Source of the DNA: Nymphaea colorata
Lineage: Eukaryota
NCBI RefSeq assembly: GCF_008831285.2
Contig: NC_045138.2
Coordinates: 32,240,001 to 32,304,000, forward strand
Length of the DNA stretch: 64,000 nt
Reading direction: 5' to 3'
The notes below the pieces were generated by a model. That model saw only the letters and a program-made list of their open reading frames with translations, ran no database searches and was not told the DNA's origin. Shown here in pieces: positions 11,968-24,880 of this stretch. Position 1 is the stretch's first letter, and every line of letters begins with the position of its first letter. Position numbers and translations under genes: made by a program.

Positions 11968-13908
11968 ATAGTCCCTACATATCTTTAGAATGGGTTGCCT
12001 TTACAGGCACTAGTTTTAGTTTTGAGTGGTAGAAATTTTGGAGCCCTCTTCACATCCTGTGGATCTTATTGCCTATATTAGGGTTTGTCTTTTAGAGATG
12101 CTAGCTATTTCTATGTTCACTCATCAAAATAATAATATTTTTATGTGACATTTATGGTTTGTAGAGACCATATTGGTGGGGCAAGTATTGATGATAATGA
12201 CTATGATTGTGATGATGATGATAAACCACAAATGAGCAAGAAAGTTGTCAAATAAGAACCACATACAAAGAAACATTATGATTGTGCCCAATTAATGAAT
12301 GTTACAAAAAGAGACTGAGTTTCCAAATTTGTCCCTGGTGTTGAGAAATCCATTGTTGACTAGTTGTCATTGTTAAATCTCTGCAATTGCACTTTTAAGA
12401 TAAAACTGCCCTTTTGTTATTTTAACCACAATTGAAAGCGCCCTATATTAAAAAAAAAAAACTCAATAAAATAGATTTTTGTTCTTTTCATAAAAAAAAG
12501 AGGAGAAAGCGTATGAGGTCGCCTTTGTTGAGGGCATTTATTTCCTTTTAATATTGAACATAGAAAGTCTTGCTGCTAATTTTAAATTCAAAATAACTTT
12601 AAATATTTGACTAAAAAGTGGAGATGGTTTTTAAAATTAGCTACATATAAAGTATAGATGAATATGTTGGTGACGGCTTCGATGGGTATAGTGTAGCTGG
12701 TCATGATAGGGGCCTGACAGGTCTCTAGTTAAATTCTCTGGGACTATTTTCTTGTGTTTTAAAGTAGTAGAGCAGGACATTTAAGTTAAAAGAATACATT
12801 CTTAAACGCCGATGCAACTCAGGATCACGAAAGCAGGGGGAAGGAAGAGGCCTTTGAGCCGCGTTCCAGGCAATAGGACGAACCTCTCACTCGCCCGAAA
12901 TATGTTGGTAACTACATGATATAGTTAGGATCTTATGTAAGCTTATTTAAAGATCCTTTATATTGTAATTTCCTCACTGTTCTCCAGATAAATTAAGTAC
13001 AATAACGGGTCACATTCATGCTGTTAACTTGCTTAGAACGACACGAAAATAACGAGATTGTAAAGGCAGTTGTAGATATAATGTACAAATCATAAATGAA
13101 AAAAGCTATTTTCCAAAAAAGGGTGCTTGCCTTGTTTGTCATTTGTCAAATTTGTCCCCCGTTTGAAACTTTTCTAAATCCATGAGATCCACTTTCCATT
13201 GAGCAGGACAAATCCAAACGTGAGGTCATAGATAGATCCTTGAAGTGACGAACAAAAACACTAGATTTGGTAAAAAAGACAATATTGCTTTTATTTATCC
13301 GCACAATGATTTCGATCATTGACCCAAATCTGGTTTCATTTAGTTGGATCTCGCAAACAAACATGGGGTCCAAATATTAAGTACTGGATCCCAATCTGCA
13401 ATGGACTAAACTGAATCCGGGATAGAGATCTGACAAGGTTCCGACCAAAGCGCCAGATGGTACGTCTATCGGATCAGGAACCAATTTTAAAGTTAGGTCC
13501 AAATCGGAATCCAATTAGGAGAGATCCGATTAAGTTGGTTAAATGGAAGATTTCTGTAAAAAAAAAAAAAAACTGGGTTTATGGATTAAAAAATATTTTT
13601 ATAAAATAACGAAAATGCCCCTGAAATGATATATGAAAATATTTTTTGTCCATTAAATTACCTTTCTACCCTTTTCGCTATTGTTAATTTCTAATATATC
13701 ACTTAAACGGGTAAAATGTAATTTAGTGATGGACGTTAATGTTATATAGGAATAGGGTTTTTTTTTTTTTCAATTTTTTGTGAAGTTAATGGGCAAGCTG
13801 TTGTATGCCATTGAGGGACAAATGTGATTGGGCAGCAGCGTTAACTGTTGATTTTGAGGTGAAATAAATGGTTGATATGATGTTGCTGATAGATGAGCGT
13901 CTTGTGGA

Positions 13909-14421
13909 TAGGCCCGAACAAGGAGCCAAGCAACTCGAGCGAGCTCGGGTTCGAGTCAGTTCTTTTGTTAAACGAGCCGAGCTTGAGTGGATGGTTCTTC
14001 CACTCGACCATTTTCTTCCAGTTGAGTTCGAGCCGAGCTTGAGCCGATGGTGACCATTTTTTCGAGTTGAGTTCGAGTTCGTTGAACGTGTCTCAATTCA
14101 GCTCCAAAGCCACAGTAACACTAATGAACTTGTTTTTCTCATTTTCAACTTCATTTTTCCGTCTTTTTTCTCTGCCTTTGTCATTACTCCAATGCGGATG
14201 AACTCCTTCGACCAGCATCGGCATCCGACGATCGGTGAAACTGGTGATGGCAATCAGGCCGTGTTTTCTTTTTCTTTTTTTTTTTCTATATCTCTTTCTC
14301 TCAAAATCTCTCAAAATAAAAAAAAAACAAGGTTTCTGAAAACCCTCTCTCCCTCAAACGAGAGAAGCCAAGATCGAGCTGGCCGAACTCGGGCTCCCTC
14401 TGACTCGTGTTCAGCTCAGTA
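13909..14421. mobile_element. hAT-like MITE with CGAGC repeats (related to 1124-1480)
   Basis: TAGGCCCGAACA...TGTTCAGCTCAGTA ends, dense CGAGC/GTTCGAG motifs; TSD only partly conserved. Confidence 0.55.
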
Positions 14422-16857
14422 GCTGTGGTTGTGGATGTTGTTCTTGAATGACTTTGAGTAGTTGTCCTCCTTCACGCAAATTCAAGACAATCAAAGTAGG
14501 TGCCTAATAAGGTAAAACCACTCCTCTTTTGTACTGTTTGACGAGAACGTTCATACTTTCTTAGATCTAGCCATAAATTTTGAAGTTTCTTAACTGGCTC
14601 TATGGGCCATAACTAGACATTAAACACTTATTAATTACTATTAAATTTAGTTCAACAAATTGACACTGATAAGGTTCAATTCTCATAGATACCTAATCTT
14701 GTTGGATGGTTAAAAAAAAAAATCCGTTCCTTTATATTGTGTATATATAAAATAAAAAGTCAATATTTGTTGTGCTTTGGATACGGATATGTAAAATTTA
14801 AAAATGTATTGCTAAAATGACTATAAAACACGGCTAAAACTAACTTAAACTGTGGCTAAGCCAATTTAATAACTCTTTTTTTATTAATAGTAAAATTTTA
14901 ATTTTAGCCACTTGGCAGTATATGGTACAATATTTTATATATAGGAAAACAAGCAAGTACTTGACCCTCGTATGTTAGACTAGATGAAAATCATAGGCCA
15001 TTGATCCAAGGAGATGAGACGTAGAGATTAAGTTGTTGAAGTACCCTTGAAAAGAAAAAAGGGGTTTGGTTTAAGGGTACTATTACTCGCTTGTTTTCAT
15101 CTTATTTGCCTTTTCATGATTTCATCAAAGCCTAGTATAGAAGAGTCTCGTAGTTTTCTGTTATATATATATATATATATATAAAGATAGACGTTTCTTT
15201 GAGCTAGGTCCTAGTAGCCGCATGTATTGAAACTGAATGGAAACTTCATAAAGGTTCATGACCCCACCGCCACTCCTGCTTCTTTTTAGACCGTGCGGTC
15301 CAAACTCTAGCTCCGCCTTCTCTTTCTCACCAAGTGATGGGTCGCACAACCGGTTGGAATGGGTGTCGTGTTATAGCCACATCTTGAGCTTTAAGTCTTG
15401 GAGGGTGCTATCTTGGTAGTAGTGAGAAATGTTGAGTTTGAGATTAAGAGTGTTATTATAGAGGCTAAATGCACCGGTTACTGTCCCTCCCTCTTCCCCC
15501 ATTTCTTCTTCTCCCTCTCTCTCAAATCATGCAATAATAGAAGCAATAAAAACTAATTTTGATTTTATTGGAAAAGACTACATTAAAAAATCTCCACATC
15601 TAACTTGCAAGAAAAATAGTGACCCAAAAGAATACTAAGGGGATTAAATGCTAGTTAGAGGGATTAGGAGGAAGAGAAGTATGACGGTGTATCTCAAAAT
15701 TTTCCAAGTTCAAAGAGTACTAACTTTAGAGAGAGAGAGAGAGAGAGTGAGAGAAACTGGTATATCCCAAATCATTTAGGTCAAGAGAAAAAATTAAACT
15801 GGACCCCTTAAAACGATTATTCAACTATCTTTTATATTGCAACACAACCATATAGGGATGATCTTAAAAAATAATGCATCGAAATTTTTGAGAGAAGAAA
15901 AGTCAATATTTTCTATGAAAGCAATTTGAACTAAATCATATTTTATGTTAAATTAGTAAAGTTTAGCATATTGGGATGTTCATATTTCAAGTTGTTTGTA
16001 TAATAACAACTTAAAGGTCTACATTTTGTTTATGGCTAAATGATATATATGTGTGTGTTTGTGCGTGTGTACAAAGAGAGATGTGACATGAGACAGCCCA
16101 TCCAGAGCTGCATTTATGGCAGAGGTTGTCGCAGGCGCCCGCATTCAATCACGCCCATGAACTTTTATATATATATATAAAAGTTTGAATCCGATCAGAT
16201 GTCATTTTTAAATTCAAATCTGATTCAATTTTTCAATCTGAGAGTGAAAGAGAGCAAAATGAAAATTGTGGAGAGATAAGTTTATATGTAATGTATGTCG
16301 AATTAAATAGAACCCCCAATACCCAATTCGGACCAAATATTTTCAGCGAAATTATGTAATCCGGTCAACCCAAGTGTCAAATAACCAGCTCAATATCAGC
16401 CCATCACGGGTCAGGTATCTAACTACCCATTGTTGCCCACTCTTACAAGCAACTTAGCATGGAGGACCATTACCTTTTCTTAATACAATATTTTTATGAC
16501 AATTTTTGAATCAAATTTCGTGTCACAAAGAATGCGACGTTGATGGGTTTCTAGAGTCGTTATGTTAACAACTTTTATTGGAAAAGTGGAGAAAATTTGA
16601 AAAAGTTGGGCGAATAAGATAAGGAAATTATGTATGGAGGTTCGAACCGGATAAGTTCAATAGACCGTTGGCCCGCCCTTGAAAAAAATCCTACCTTCGC
16701 CTCTGCTCCTAAACTTATTCCATTAAAATAAACTAGGTTGGTCCAAATAAAGCAGTACGCCTTTCCCTCTCTAATACTCCCAACCTCCATCTAAATAAAT
16801 CCAAAGAACCTTGTTTAACTGCACTTTTGCTTGTCCCCCCACTTTTGGCAGGTCAAA

Positions 16858-16919
16858 CCGACCCATTACCTCTCATATGAAATTATGCCGACCCATTACC
16901 TCCCATATGAAATTATGCC
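16858..16919. repeat. 30-bp tandem duplication
   Basis: CCGACCCATTACCTCYCATATGAAATTATG twice, 1 mismatch. Confidence 0.9.
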
Positions 16920-16975
16920 TTCCTTTTCCATCACGGGCGCATTATGCCTTACTTTAAATGCCTCCTAAAGCGCAG

Positions 16976-16978
<3 letters not shown>

Positions 16979-17061
<83 letters not shown>

Positions 17062-17311
17062 TGATTAAATGATGACTCTAATATCTAGAGTCATCTAATC
17101 AATTAACAATGTTAGATGGATGGTTGAGAGATAACGACAATCAAAAAAACATATAAATTATTACTACATAACAAAAATGACCATCACCTTTTCTCCATAT
17201 TTTTTTCTTTAACCGTCTCTCATGTTAAATCAAAAGATCTTGATCAGATAGTTGAGTGAACTTAAAAACCAGAATCATTATTTGATTATTTAATTATATA
17301 TAATAATAATA

Positions 17312-17364
<53 letters not shown>

Positions 17365-17605
17365 TGAGATCCCTAAATTGCCAGTGGAGCCCTCCACTGC
17401 GACATTTTCGTCGGATAGTAGAGTCGTGAAACCTCTCACCCCCATGTCCTTCTTACTAAATTAAACAATGTTCATGTGATCCTTAAGCTTCCAAAAAGCT
17501 AAACACCCATATTAAGCTTTTTGACATTTCATGAGATTTTATGAACATGATGTCCAAGCTGAAATAATTGATGACTTTATATATCCTCGTGAGCTCCTAA
17601 GTCAA

Positions 17606-17656
<51 letters not shown>
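16979..17656. repeat. Microsatellite cluster: (TA)n 16979-17058, (TAA)n ~17301-17361, (TA)n 17610-17656
   Basis: Directly visible. Confidence 0.95.
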
Positions 17657-17660
<4 letters not shown>

Positions 17661-19039
17661 AATTGCTTACTAGAAATCAAACCTTCTAAAATGTCACCTG
17701 AACTCGAGTACACTCACTCTTGACTGGTAAAGGATCTGAATCTCGAGGTGGGAGGAAGGAAAAAAAGTTGTATTTTTGCATCTACTTTTTGTCCATATTT
17801 TGAACAAAGAATCAAGTTGCTTGATTCTTTTCTTCGTAAGAGCCACGCACTTTACACAAACTAATAAATAGAAAGGTGGAACCTTAACAAAAAATTGTAA
17901 GCTAAGATGGAAACAATATAAGCTTAGTAACAAATTGAATGGTAATTCTGTTTTTTAAAGTCACCAAGTCGTCTGATCTACCATAGTGGACGGCCAAGAG
18001 AAAAAAAAAAAAAAAAAAAGTGATACATATTTTAATAATTTAGTATTAGTTCACAATTTTTTTTAATCATTTTGTATGAATAACCATAAATAAATAACTC
18101 TAAATTGCTGGAGATGTGTTCACTCACTCCATTGAACATTTTTAATGCAAACCGGAAAAAATTACCACCAAATGTACCACTTTTCCAGAATTGCAAACAA
18201 AAGCTAAGCGTGAAACTGGAAAATTTTTTTTTTAAAAAATTGCCGTCAAATTTACGTGCACTGCATGTTACTTGTATTAAATAAATAATTAAAAAAAAAA
18301 AAGATAGAGAGAGAGAGAGAGAGCACATGGGAAGAGGAGGTGGTCGCGGTCTTCAAGATGGCTCATGAGCATCGAGACAGGACGCCCACTCCGCTTCCCA
18401 CAGCAATTCGCCTGCCACCACGTGGCGCCTCGTGCTTCTTCACCCCCAACCCCGACCTCCCCCCTGAAACCTTAGAGAGAGAAAACATACAAAAACCACA
18501 TTAAATAAATTAAAATTTATGAGCTACAATAGAAAAGGAATTTCTATCTCAATCTCCCCCCCTCTCTTTCTCTCTCTAAAAATAATGAGAACAACAGCCT
18601 CACATCACAGGAATCATTCTCGTTCAATTTAATTTATCACCCAGAAAATTAATTAATCCCTTTCCTTCCCATTCACCACACGACGCCCTGCCCCGCAAGG
18701 CATCTCCCTCCCTTTCTCTCTCTACACCTTGTTAAATTTGGTGGTGCCCCACTCGAGGTGGGATCCCATGCGGAACGCCTGCACTGGACCTTCAGTAGGG
18801 CCCCCTCCACTCCGCACTCCCCTTCCCAGCCATGAATAGTGGCGGCCCTCACCGTCCCCCATGGCTCGGACCCATCCCACCACCACTTATCTAATCCGAA
18901 TTGCCTCATACTTGACTCCAACTGGTCGTCACGCTCGAACCCTAGGCTTGGATCAACTGAACTGCGCTTAGTTTGAGCGGATCAACTAGACGACCGCGCT
19001 TGGTTTGAGCTCAAACTAACTCGTCTTTGTAAGCTGAAG

Positions 19040-19248
19040 CAGTGGCGGAGCCAAAATTTTTTAGCTATGGGGCAGTAGTACATAGTTTAAAAATTTTCAA
19101 ACTAAAATATATGTTATTTTAAAAATAAAGCAAATATTGACGTGGGCAACACAGGCGTGAAGCTGGGTTGAGACTCCATTTCACATGGAACTTTCTTGGG
19201 CTGGCGTGGGCAGGCGCCCACACCTGCCCCACGCTGGCTCCGCCACTG
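19040..19248. mobile_element. hAT MITE (CAGNGGCGGA-TIR family), best-preserved copy
   Basis: Perfect 14-bp TIR CAGTGGCGGAGCCA / TGGCTCCGCCACTG; perfect TSD AGCTGAAG. Confidence 0.92.
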
Positions 19249-19425
19249 AGCTGAAGCACAACGAGAGAAGCGATCTAAGAGATACTCGTACTCACTTTCC
19301 ATGTGATTGGAAAACGCTAAAGAAGAGCAATTAAGATTAGTTTATAATATAGGTTTAAGGATAAGTTGAAAATCTCTCTTTCTCTCTCTTATTGTCCTTT
19401 TGTCCTTTTCTCACTCAGTCGCTGG

Positions 19426-19704
19426 CACGTGGTCCCCCACCGCACGTGGGCTCAACCCTTCTCTCTCATCTCTCTACACTTCACTTTCAGCCATTTGTTT
19501 AGATTTTCTCTCTCTAAGTTCTTCTCTCTCTAAGTTTTTTTTTCTCTCCCTAAGAGGGAAAAGCGCGAAGGGGGGAGAAAACTCTGTTCTGCGGCCTCTT
19601 CCTCCTCCGTGCACGGCGTTGTCGCACTCGGGGGTCCGCACGTGCTCGGCATCTATGGGGGCCAACCGTCCCTCCCCCATTAGATTTACAGCGTCGCACG
19701 TGCG
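19426..19704. promoter_or_regulatory. G-box/BRRE cluster 1.3-1.6 kb downstream of BRI1 (putative BZR1/BES1 module)
   Basis: CACGTG at 19426, 19443, 19639 and 19697; three lie within CGCACGTG; TCP-like GTGGTCCC at 19429. Confidence 0.5.
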
Positions 19705-20994
19705 AACCTCCCCCGGCCTCCACACCGTTCCCCCTCTCCCTGCTCTTGGCCCACCTGATCTTTAACGCAGAAGGAGACGCCCTCCGTTTCTCAGAAGAGA
19801 ACGACGGCCGTCTTTTGGTTTTGCTTCCTCCATTAATGGAGGAGGGAGGAGGAGGAGGAGAGACCGAAAGCCTGGGCCCCCACAACGCCGTCCCTTTCCC
19901 CGTTGCTCAAAAGACCAAGCTGCCCTCCTGCTGCTCGCGGAGGGAGATTCTTAAGAGGAGACTTCACTCTCTCTCTCTAAAAAGTTGTACTCTTCTGTTG
20001 CGTGACGGAAGAATCGACGGATTTCACCGACTTCAATGCGTTCCTCGCGTAATAATTAGTAGTCGTGTGAAATGCCTGAATGCACGAACTCCCCTCGTTC
20101 GCATTCCCTACAAAAGTTTCGTGACGATGATGGCGATCGCTTTTACATGAAGATGGTCAAGATTGGTGGGGTGTTTTAATCATCTCGGCCGCTTCATGAT
20201 CCTCAGATTCTCGCCACCAACTTGAATTTCAGCAGCGAGCTTGATTGATGCTCTGATGTTGTGCGCATCGTGAAGTTTTACAAGATGAAATGGGTTGTGA
20301 AGGGAATGATGATGAGAAGGGCGAAGACGGTGGTGTGGCGATTATCGGTGAGGCGTGGGGACGGGGGAATGTCAAAGATCGACGTCAGCCACATGATAGA
20401 GTTGACCGGAAAATGGCCGTGTTTTCCGGCAGATGCCGACGGAAAAGGACGTGACTCGGCCTGGGATGCGGATGAGTGGGACAAGGTAAGACCCACCGGC
20501 GGCCCGAGGGGAGCACAGTGGCCCATTTGTCCTCTTAGCCAGTGAGGAAGGAAAGCTGCAGCCGCACCACTCCCCACCTCTCACAGCTTTCAATGGCCTC
20601 GCTTTCAAACCATGGCTGGTTCTCAGGACATGTTCGCCCTCTGTCATTTTCCTAGAGAGAGAATGGGGAAAAGAAAGAGAATATACAACCAATTTATGTA
20701 TAAAACAAAGATGTAGAGGGTACATATACATGGATAACACTAACAAGATGGAAAATGAAATGTAAAAAAAAAAAAAAAAGGTGAAAAAATCTGAATGAAC
20801 ATTTTCGCTTTGCTTTTCCTCCGCAGTAAAAATTTGACCTTCTTCCGTTTGCTGAAACAACTCAAGGAGAAGGCATCTGGAAATTCGAAAAAAAAAAAAA
20901 AAGAGGGCAGATTTTTCCTTTTCCTGCTAGTTTTTGGTCCTCCTGATCTCCCTACCTTAGCTACCATCTGACCGATCGATTGCTACCGTTGCTG

Positions 20995-23900
20995 CTACTT
21001 GTTTTCCGGCGCCTCCTTGATGCTAGTGTCCACGGAGCAGAAGCTTCCGTCCAGCTCGGTGCTGCCGCGGCCCCCATTGCCGCCACCAACGTGAAGCTCC
21101 TTGAACATGGCCATGACCTGCAGCATCGTGGGTCGCCTCCACGGCCGGTCATCGAGGCACTGGCAGGCAATTCTCAGGTGCTGCAGTAGCTCCATCTCCA
21201 GCCCCGGCTGGTCCTTCGTCTTCAGCGCCGGGTCGAACACGTCGCTGATCTTGAGCTTGGCGTGCTGCTTCACCCACCCCACAAGGTTGTTGTCGCCGAA
21301 GTCGGACGAGTCCGTCGGCTGCCGGCCCGTGAGAAGCTCCAGCAGGACCACCCCGAAGCTGTAGACGTCGCCCTTGGTGCTGCACCGGAAGCTCTGGTAG
21401 TACTCCGGCGGAACGTACCCCGGCGTGCCGGCCAGAGTGCTGACGCTCAGGTGCGTGTCCATCGCGCTCATGAGCCTCGCCATCCCGAAGTCCGACACCC
21501 GTGCCTCCAGGTTCTCGTCCAGCAGCACGTTGCTGGACTTCATGTCCCTGTGAATTATGTGGGGTATGCAGCTGTGGTGGAGGAAAGCGAGGCCCCTCGC
21601 CGCCCCGACGGCGATCTTCCTCCTCGCCGGCCAGTCGAGGTTGACGCCGCCCTTCTTCTGGTCGTGAAGGACGTCGTCGAGGCTGCCGTACTTCATGTAC
21701 TCGTACACAAGGAGTCTCTCCTCTCCGACCTTGCAGTAGCCGAGCAGGGGAACCAGATTCCGGTGCTTGATCTTCCCGATCGTCTCCATCTCTGCCGTGA
21801 ACTCGCGGTCGCCCTGGCCGCTCACGTGGATGAGCTTCTTGATGGCGACGACGCTGCCATCCTTGAGCTGCGCCTTGTAGACGTCGCCGAACCCGCCGGA
21901 GCCGATCAGGCTGTCGTGGTGGAAGTTGTTGGTGGCCTCCAGCAAGTCCGCGAACGTGAGCTTCCGCAGCGGCTTATCAAAGGTGGAGAGGTTGATGCTC
22001 AGCGCCTCGCGTGTCGTCGCCGTGAACTTCCAGCCCGTCGTGCGCGTGTAAGTCCCGGAAGAATGATTGTCCGCGAAGCCGGCAGCGGCTGCCGCGGCAG
22101 CCTCCTTCTTCCGGCGCTTCTTGCTCTCGACGACGACGATGATGATGCCGAAGAAGCAGAAGAGGGAGAAGAGGAGTGCCATCGCCACGCTACCCGCCAG
22201 GGATGCCTGCTTCCCGTGGGACTTCCCGCGCCCCCTTGAATCAGAGGAGGCAGAGTCGTCGCCTCCGCAGGGAGGAAGCGGTAGGCCGCAGAGGCCGGAA
22301 TTGTTCTCGAACACGGACGCCGGAAAGGAGAAGAGCTGACCGCCGTTGGGGATGGGACCGCTGAGATTGTTGTTGGAGACGTCGAGGGACGAGAGGAGGC
22401 CAAGGTGGGAAAAGGTGGGTGGGATCGGCCCCTCCAGCTGGTTGTGGGAGAGGAAGAGCTCGGCAATGAAGGTCAGCTTTCCCAATTCATCTGGGATCTT
22501 CCCGGTGAGCGAATTGTGGCCCAGATTGAGCACGAGGATGTAGAACATGTTGCCGAACTCAGGCGGGATGGGGCCGGAAAGTGAATTGTAGGAGAGGTCC
22601 AGGAAGATCATGCTGCCATTATTGCTGAAAGTATAGTGGAAGTCGCCCATGTAAGTTCTGGTAAAATTGCAGGCGTGCCGGGTGGGCACCCTCTGGAGGT
22701 TCTCTTGCCGGATGCCGCTGAACTCAAGGAGGCTTCCGGCGCCACGGCAGGTCGGGCTCCCGTCGTTCTTCAGATAGACGTAGCGCTTGTCGGAGATGAG
22801 GCCTGCAGCAATGCTGCCCGACTGCTTGGCCAAAGCGCCTGGTATGGGTCCCGTCAGGTTGTTGCTGTTGAGGTCCAGCCAGATGAGGCTCTTGCAGTCG
22901 CCGAGTTCTGGGGGGATCATGCCGGAGAAGGAGTTGTTCTTGAGCTGCAGGATCGCGAGCTTCGACATCCGGCCGATCCACGGCGGTATCCCCCCGGAGA
23001 GCTGGTTCGACGACAGCGAGATCCAGTTGAGATTGGTGCAGTTGACAAGGCCGGCGGGGATGCTCCCGGTGAGCCAGTTGTTGTCGAGTACCAAGTTCTC
23101 CAGCGTGCTGATCTTCGAGAGCTCCTCCGGTATGGTCCCTTGGAGCATGTTCAGCCACATAACCAAGTCCCGAAGACGCCTGAGCTCGCCGAGGCTCGGC
23201 GGGATCGTCCCCTTGAGGTAATTGAAGCTCAAGTCCAGAGAAACGAGCCCGGAGCAGTTGCCCAACGTCGCCGGAATAGAGCCATGGAACTGGTTGTCCT
23301 GGAGGTAGAGCTCTCGGAGGGAGTTCCCCGAGTTCCGGCAGATGCCCTCTGGAATGGGGCCGGAGATGTTGTTCGAACTCAGATCCAGGATCTCTAGCGC
23401 CGACATGTTGGCGATGAGGTCAGCCGCGAGCTCGCCGGTGAAGTTGTTGTAACCAAAAAGGATATTCCTGAGGTTGCTCAAGAGGGATAGGCTTTCCACA
23501 GGGAGGTTACCGGAGAAGCTGTTGCCCGTGAGGTTGAGAATCTCCAGAGCAGAGCAGTGGGCAAGCGACGGCGGGACCTCTCCCGAGAACTTGTTCATGG
23601 AGAGATCGAGATTGCGCAGAGACGAACACGAGGAGAAGAGCGAGGAGGGCAGCTCACCTTGCAGGCGGTTGCCGGAAAGGGAAAGGGACTGGAGGTTAAC
23701 GCCGAACCCGGCAGCAGGGATTACTCCGGAAAAGGCGTTCCCCGAAAGGTTGAGGTACGTCAGCCGCCGACATCCGATGAGGCCGTCCCCGATATCGCCG
23801 GACAGCTTGTTAGCCGAGAGGTCCAAGTGCTGGAGGGAGGCGCAGGCTCCGAGATCCGGCATCCCGCCGGAGAAGTTGTTCACCGACAGATCGAGCACCT

Positions 23901-24672
23901 GGAGGTTCGTGCATCCGGCCACTGGAATCAGACCCGAGACCGAGTTTCCGTGGAGACTCAACACCTGGAGTGTCTTGCAGCCGCCGGAGGAGACTATCCA
24001 CTCCAGCGCACCATCACCGGAGATGCCGTTCGAGCTCAGGTCGAGCATCGCGAGCGCGGGGGGCAAGCTTCCGCCGCTTCCGGCGGCGGCGGCCGAGTAA
24101 GAGAGCTTGTTCGCGGAGAAGTTCAAGCGAGCAAGACTATAACAAGAGCCAAGGCCGGAAAGAGAGGGGAGTTCACCGTCGATGAAGTTTCCAGAGAGGT
24201 CAAGCTCAACGAGGCTCTTCCCGCAGGCCAGCCCGACGAACGCCGATAGGTTGCCGGTCACGTTGGCGTAGCCCAGACGCAGTCTCTCCAGCGCAGACAT
24301 GCCCATCAACAACGCAGCCACGTGTCGGAGATCGACGTCCAGCTGCCCCCCGCTCAGATCCAAAGACGAGACGCGACGGGTGTCGGCGGCGCAGGTGACG
24401 CCGGGGAAAGAGCAGGGGTCGGCGTTGGGTAGCCAGTGGACGAGGGACCTCGGGTTGGAGACGGCTGCCTTGAAGGCAAGGAGGCGGCGGGCATCGTCGC
24501 CTCCGGAGGACAACCTCCGGGTGGGAGCGGCCTCCGCCCGAAGGAGGCCGCGGGCGGAGGCCGGGAGGAGGAGGAGGAAGCAGAGGAAGAGGAGGAGGTT
24601 GGTGGTGCCAATCCTTCTGTAACTTTCCATAGGTGACAAAACCTTTACGTGTTGGTGGTGGCTTCTCTTCAT
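20995..24672 (-). CDS. BRI1: Brassinosteroid LRR receptor kinase BRI1, single exon, 1225 aa (alternative start Met15 at 24630)
   Basis: Uninterrupted ORF with signal peptide, LRRNT (LLAFK...W...PCSFPGVTC), many LRRs and an island domain ([27 protein letters not shown]). It continues with a TM helix, the juxtamembrane [27 protein letters not shown] and an RD kinase ([62 protein letters not shown]) typical of BRI1 proper rather than BRL. Confidence 0.97.
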   Translation of the reverse strand: MKRSHHQHVKVLSPMESYRRIGTTNLLLFLCFLLLLPASARGLLRAEAAPTRRLSSGGDDARRLLAFKAAVSNPRSLVHWLPNADPCSFPGVTCAADTRRVSSLDLSGGQLDVDLRHVAALLMGMSALERLRLGYANVTGNLSAFVGLACGKSLVELDLSGNFIDGELPSLSGLGSCYSLARLNFSANKLSYSAAAAGSGGSLPPALAMLDLSSNGISGDGALEWIVSSGGCKTLQVLSLHGNSVSGLIPVAGCTNLQVLDLSVNNFSGGMPDLGACASLQHLDLSANKLSGDIGDGLIGCRRLTYLNLSGNAFSGVIPAAGFGVNLQSLSLSGNRLQGELPSSLFSSCSSLRNLDLSMNKFSGEVPPSLAHCSALEILNLTGNSFSGNLPVESLSLLSNLRNILFGYNNFTGELAADLIANMSALEILDLSSNNISGPIPEGICRNSGNSLRELYLQDNQFHGSIPATLGNCSGLVSLDLSFNYLKGTIPPSLGELRRLRDLVMWLNMLQGTIPEELSKISTLENLVLDNNWLTGSIPAGLVNCTNLNWISLSSNQLSGGIPPWIGRMSKLAILQLKNNSFSGMIPPELGDCKSLIWLDLNSNNLTGPIPGALAKQSGSIAAGLISDKRYVYLKNDGSPTCRGAGSLLEFSGIRQENLQRVPTRHACNFTRTYMGDFHYTFSNNGSMIFLDLSYNSLSGPIPPEFGNMFYILVLNLGHNSLTGKIPDELGKLTFIAELFLSHNQLEGPIPPTFSHLGLLSSLDVSNNNLSGPIPNGGQLFSFPASVFENNSGLCGLPLPPCGGDDSASSDSRGRGKSHGKQASLAGSVAMALLFSLFCFFGIIIVVVESKKRRKKEAAAAAAAGFADNHSSGTYTRTTGWKFTATTREALSINLSTFDKPLRKLTFADLLEATNNFHHDSLIGSGGFGDVYKAQLKDGSVVAIKKLIHVSGQGDREFTAEMETIGKIKHRNLVPLLGYCKVGEERLLVYEYMKYGSLDDVLHDQKKGGVNLDWPARRKIAVGAARGLAFLHHSCIPHIIHRDMKSSNVLLDENLEARVSDFGMARLMSAMDTHLSVSTLAGTPGYVPPEYYQSFRCSTKGDVYSFGVVLLELLTGRQPTDSSDFGDNNLVGWVKQHAKLKISDVFDPALKTKDQPGLEMELLQHLRIACQCLDDRPWRRPTMLQVMAMFKELHVGGGNGGRGSTELDGSFCSVDTSIKEAPENK

Positions 24673-24880
24673 TCTGGTCTGGGAAGTAGCTCCGCCATTA
24701 CAACCTACCAGCAGAGAGAGAAAAAGAGAGACAGGGAGTCAAAAAAGACGAGACTGAAGGGATGGGATAGGTACTTATAGCAGAGCAGAGCACAGCACAG
24801 CATAGCAGAGAGAGTAAGAAGAAGATGAAGAAGAAGAAAGACTCGATAGAGAGAGAGATGAGCTGGTGGTCACATGGCAT
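24669..24880 (-). promoter_or_regulatory. Putative uORFs in the BRI1 leader (24880-24698, 60 aa; 24698-24669, 9 aa; AUG-stop at 24875-24870)
   Basis: Read directly from the sequence; lies downstream of CT-rich tracts typical of plant TSS regions; the TSS itself is unknown. Confidence 0.45.

Noticed and set aside
16858..16919. Direct repeats as a CRISPR-like array (also 44868-44959, 47744-47867, 61297-61328)
   Set aside because: Only two copies each with no spacer series, in a plant genome; simple local duplications.
19400..20860. ORFs of 80-160 aa downstream of BRI1
   Set aside because: Low complexity, mostly non-ATG starts and no domain similarity; explained by the GC-rich regulatory island and 3' UTR.
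20961..24636. Many long antisense or alternative-frame ORFs over BRI1 (e.g. 21262-22239, 325 aa)
   Set aside because: Shadow ORFs expected from the high GC3 codon usage of BRI1; no recognisable domains.
24752..24762. GACTGAAGGGA match to the miR319 core in the BRI1 leader
   Set aside because: Only 11 nt match, flanks do not pair and there is no hairpin; neither a precursor nor a credible target.
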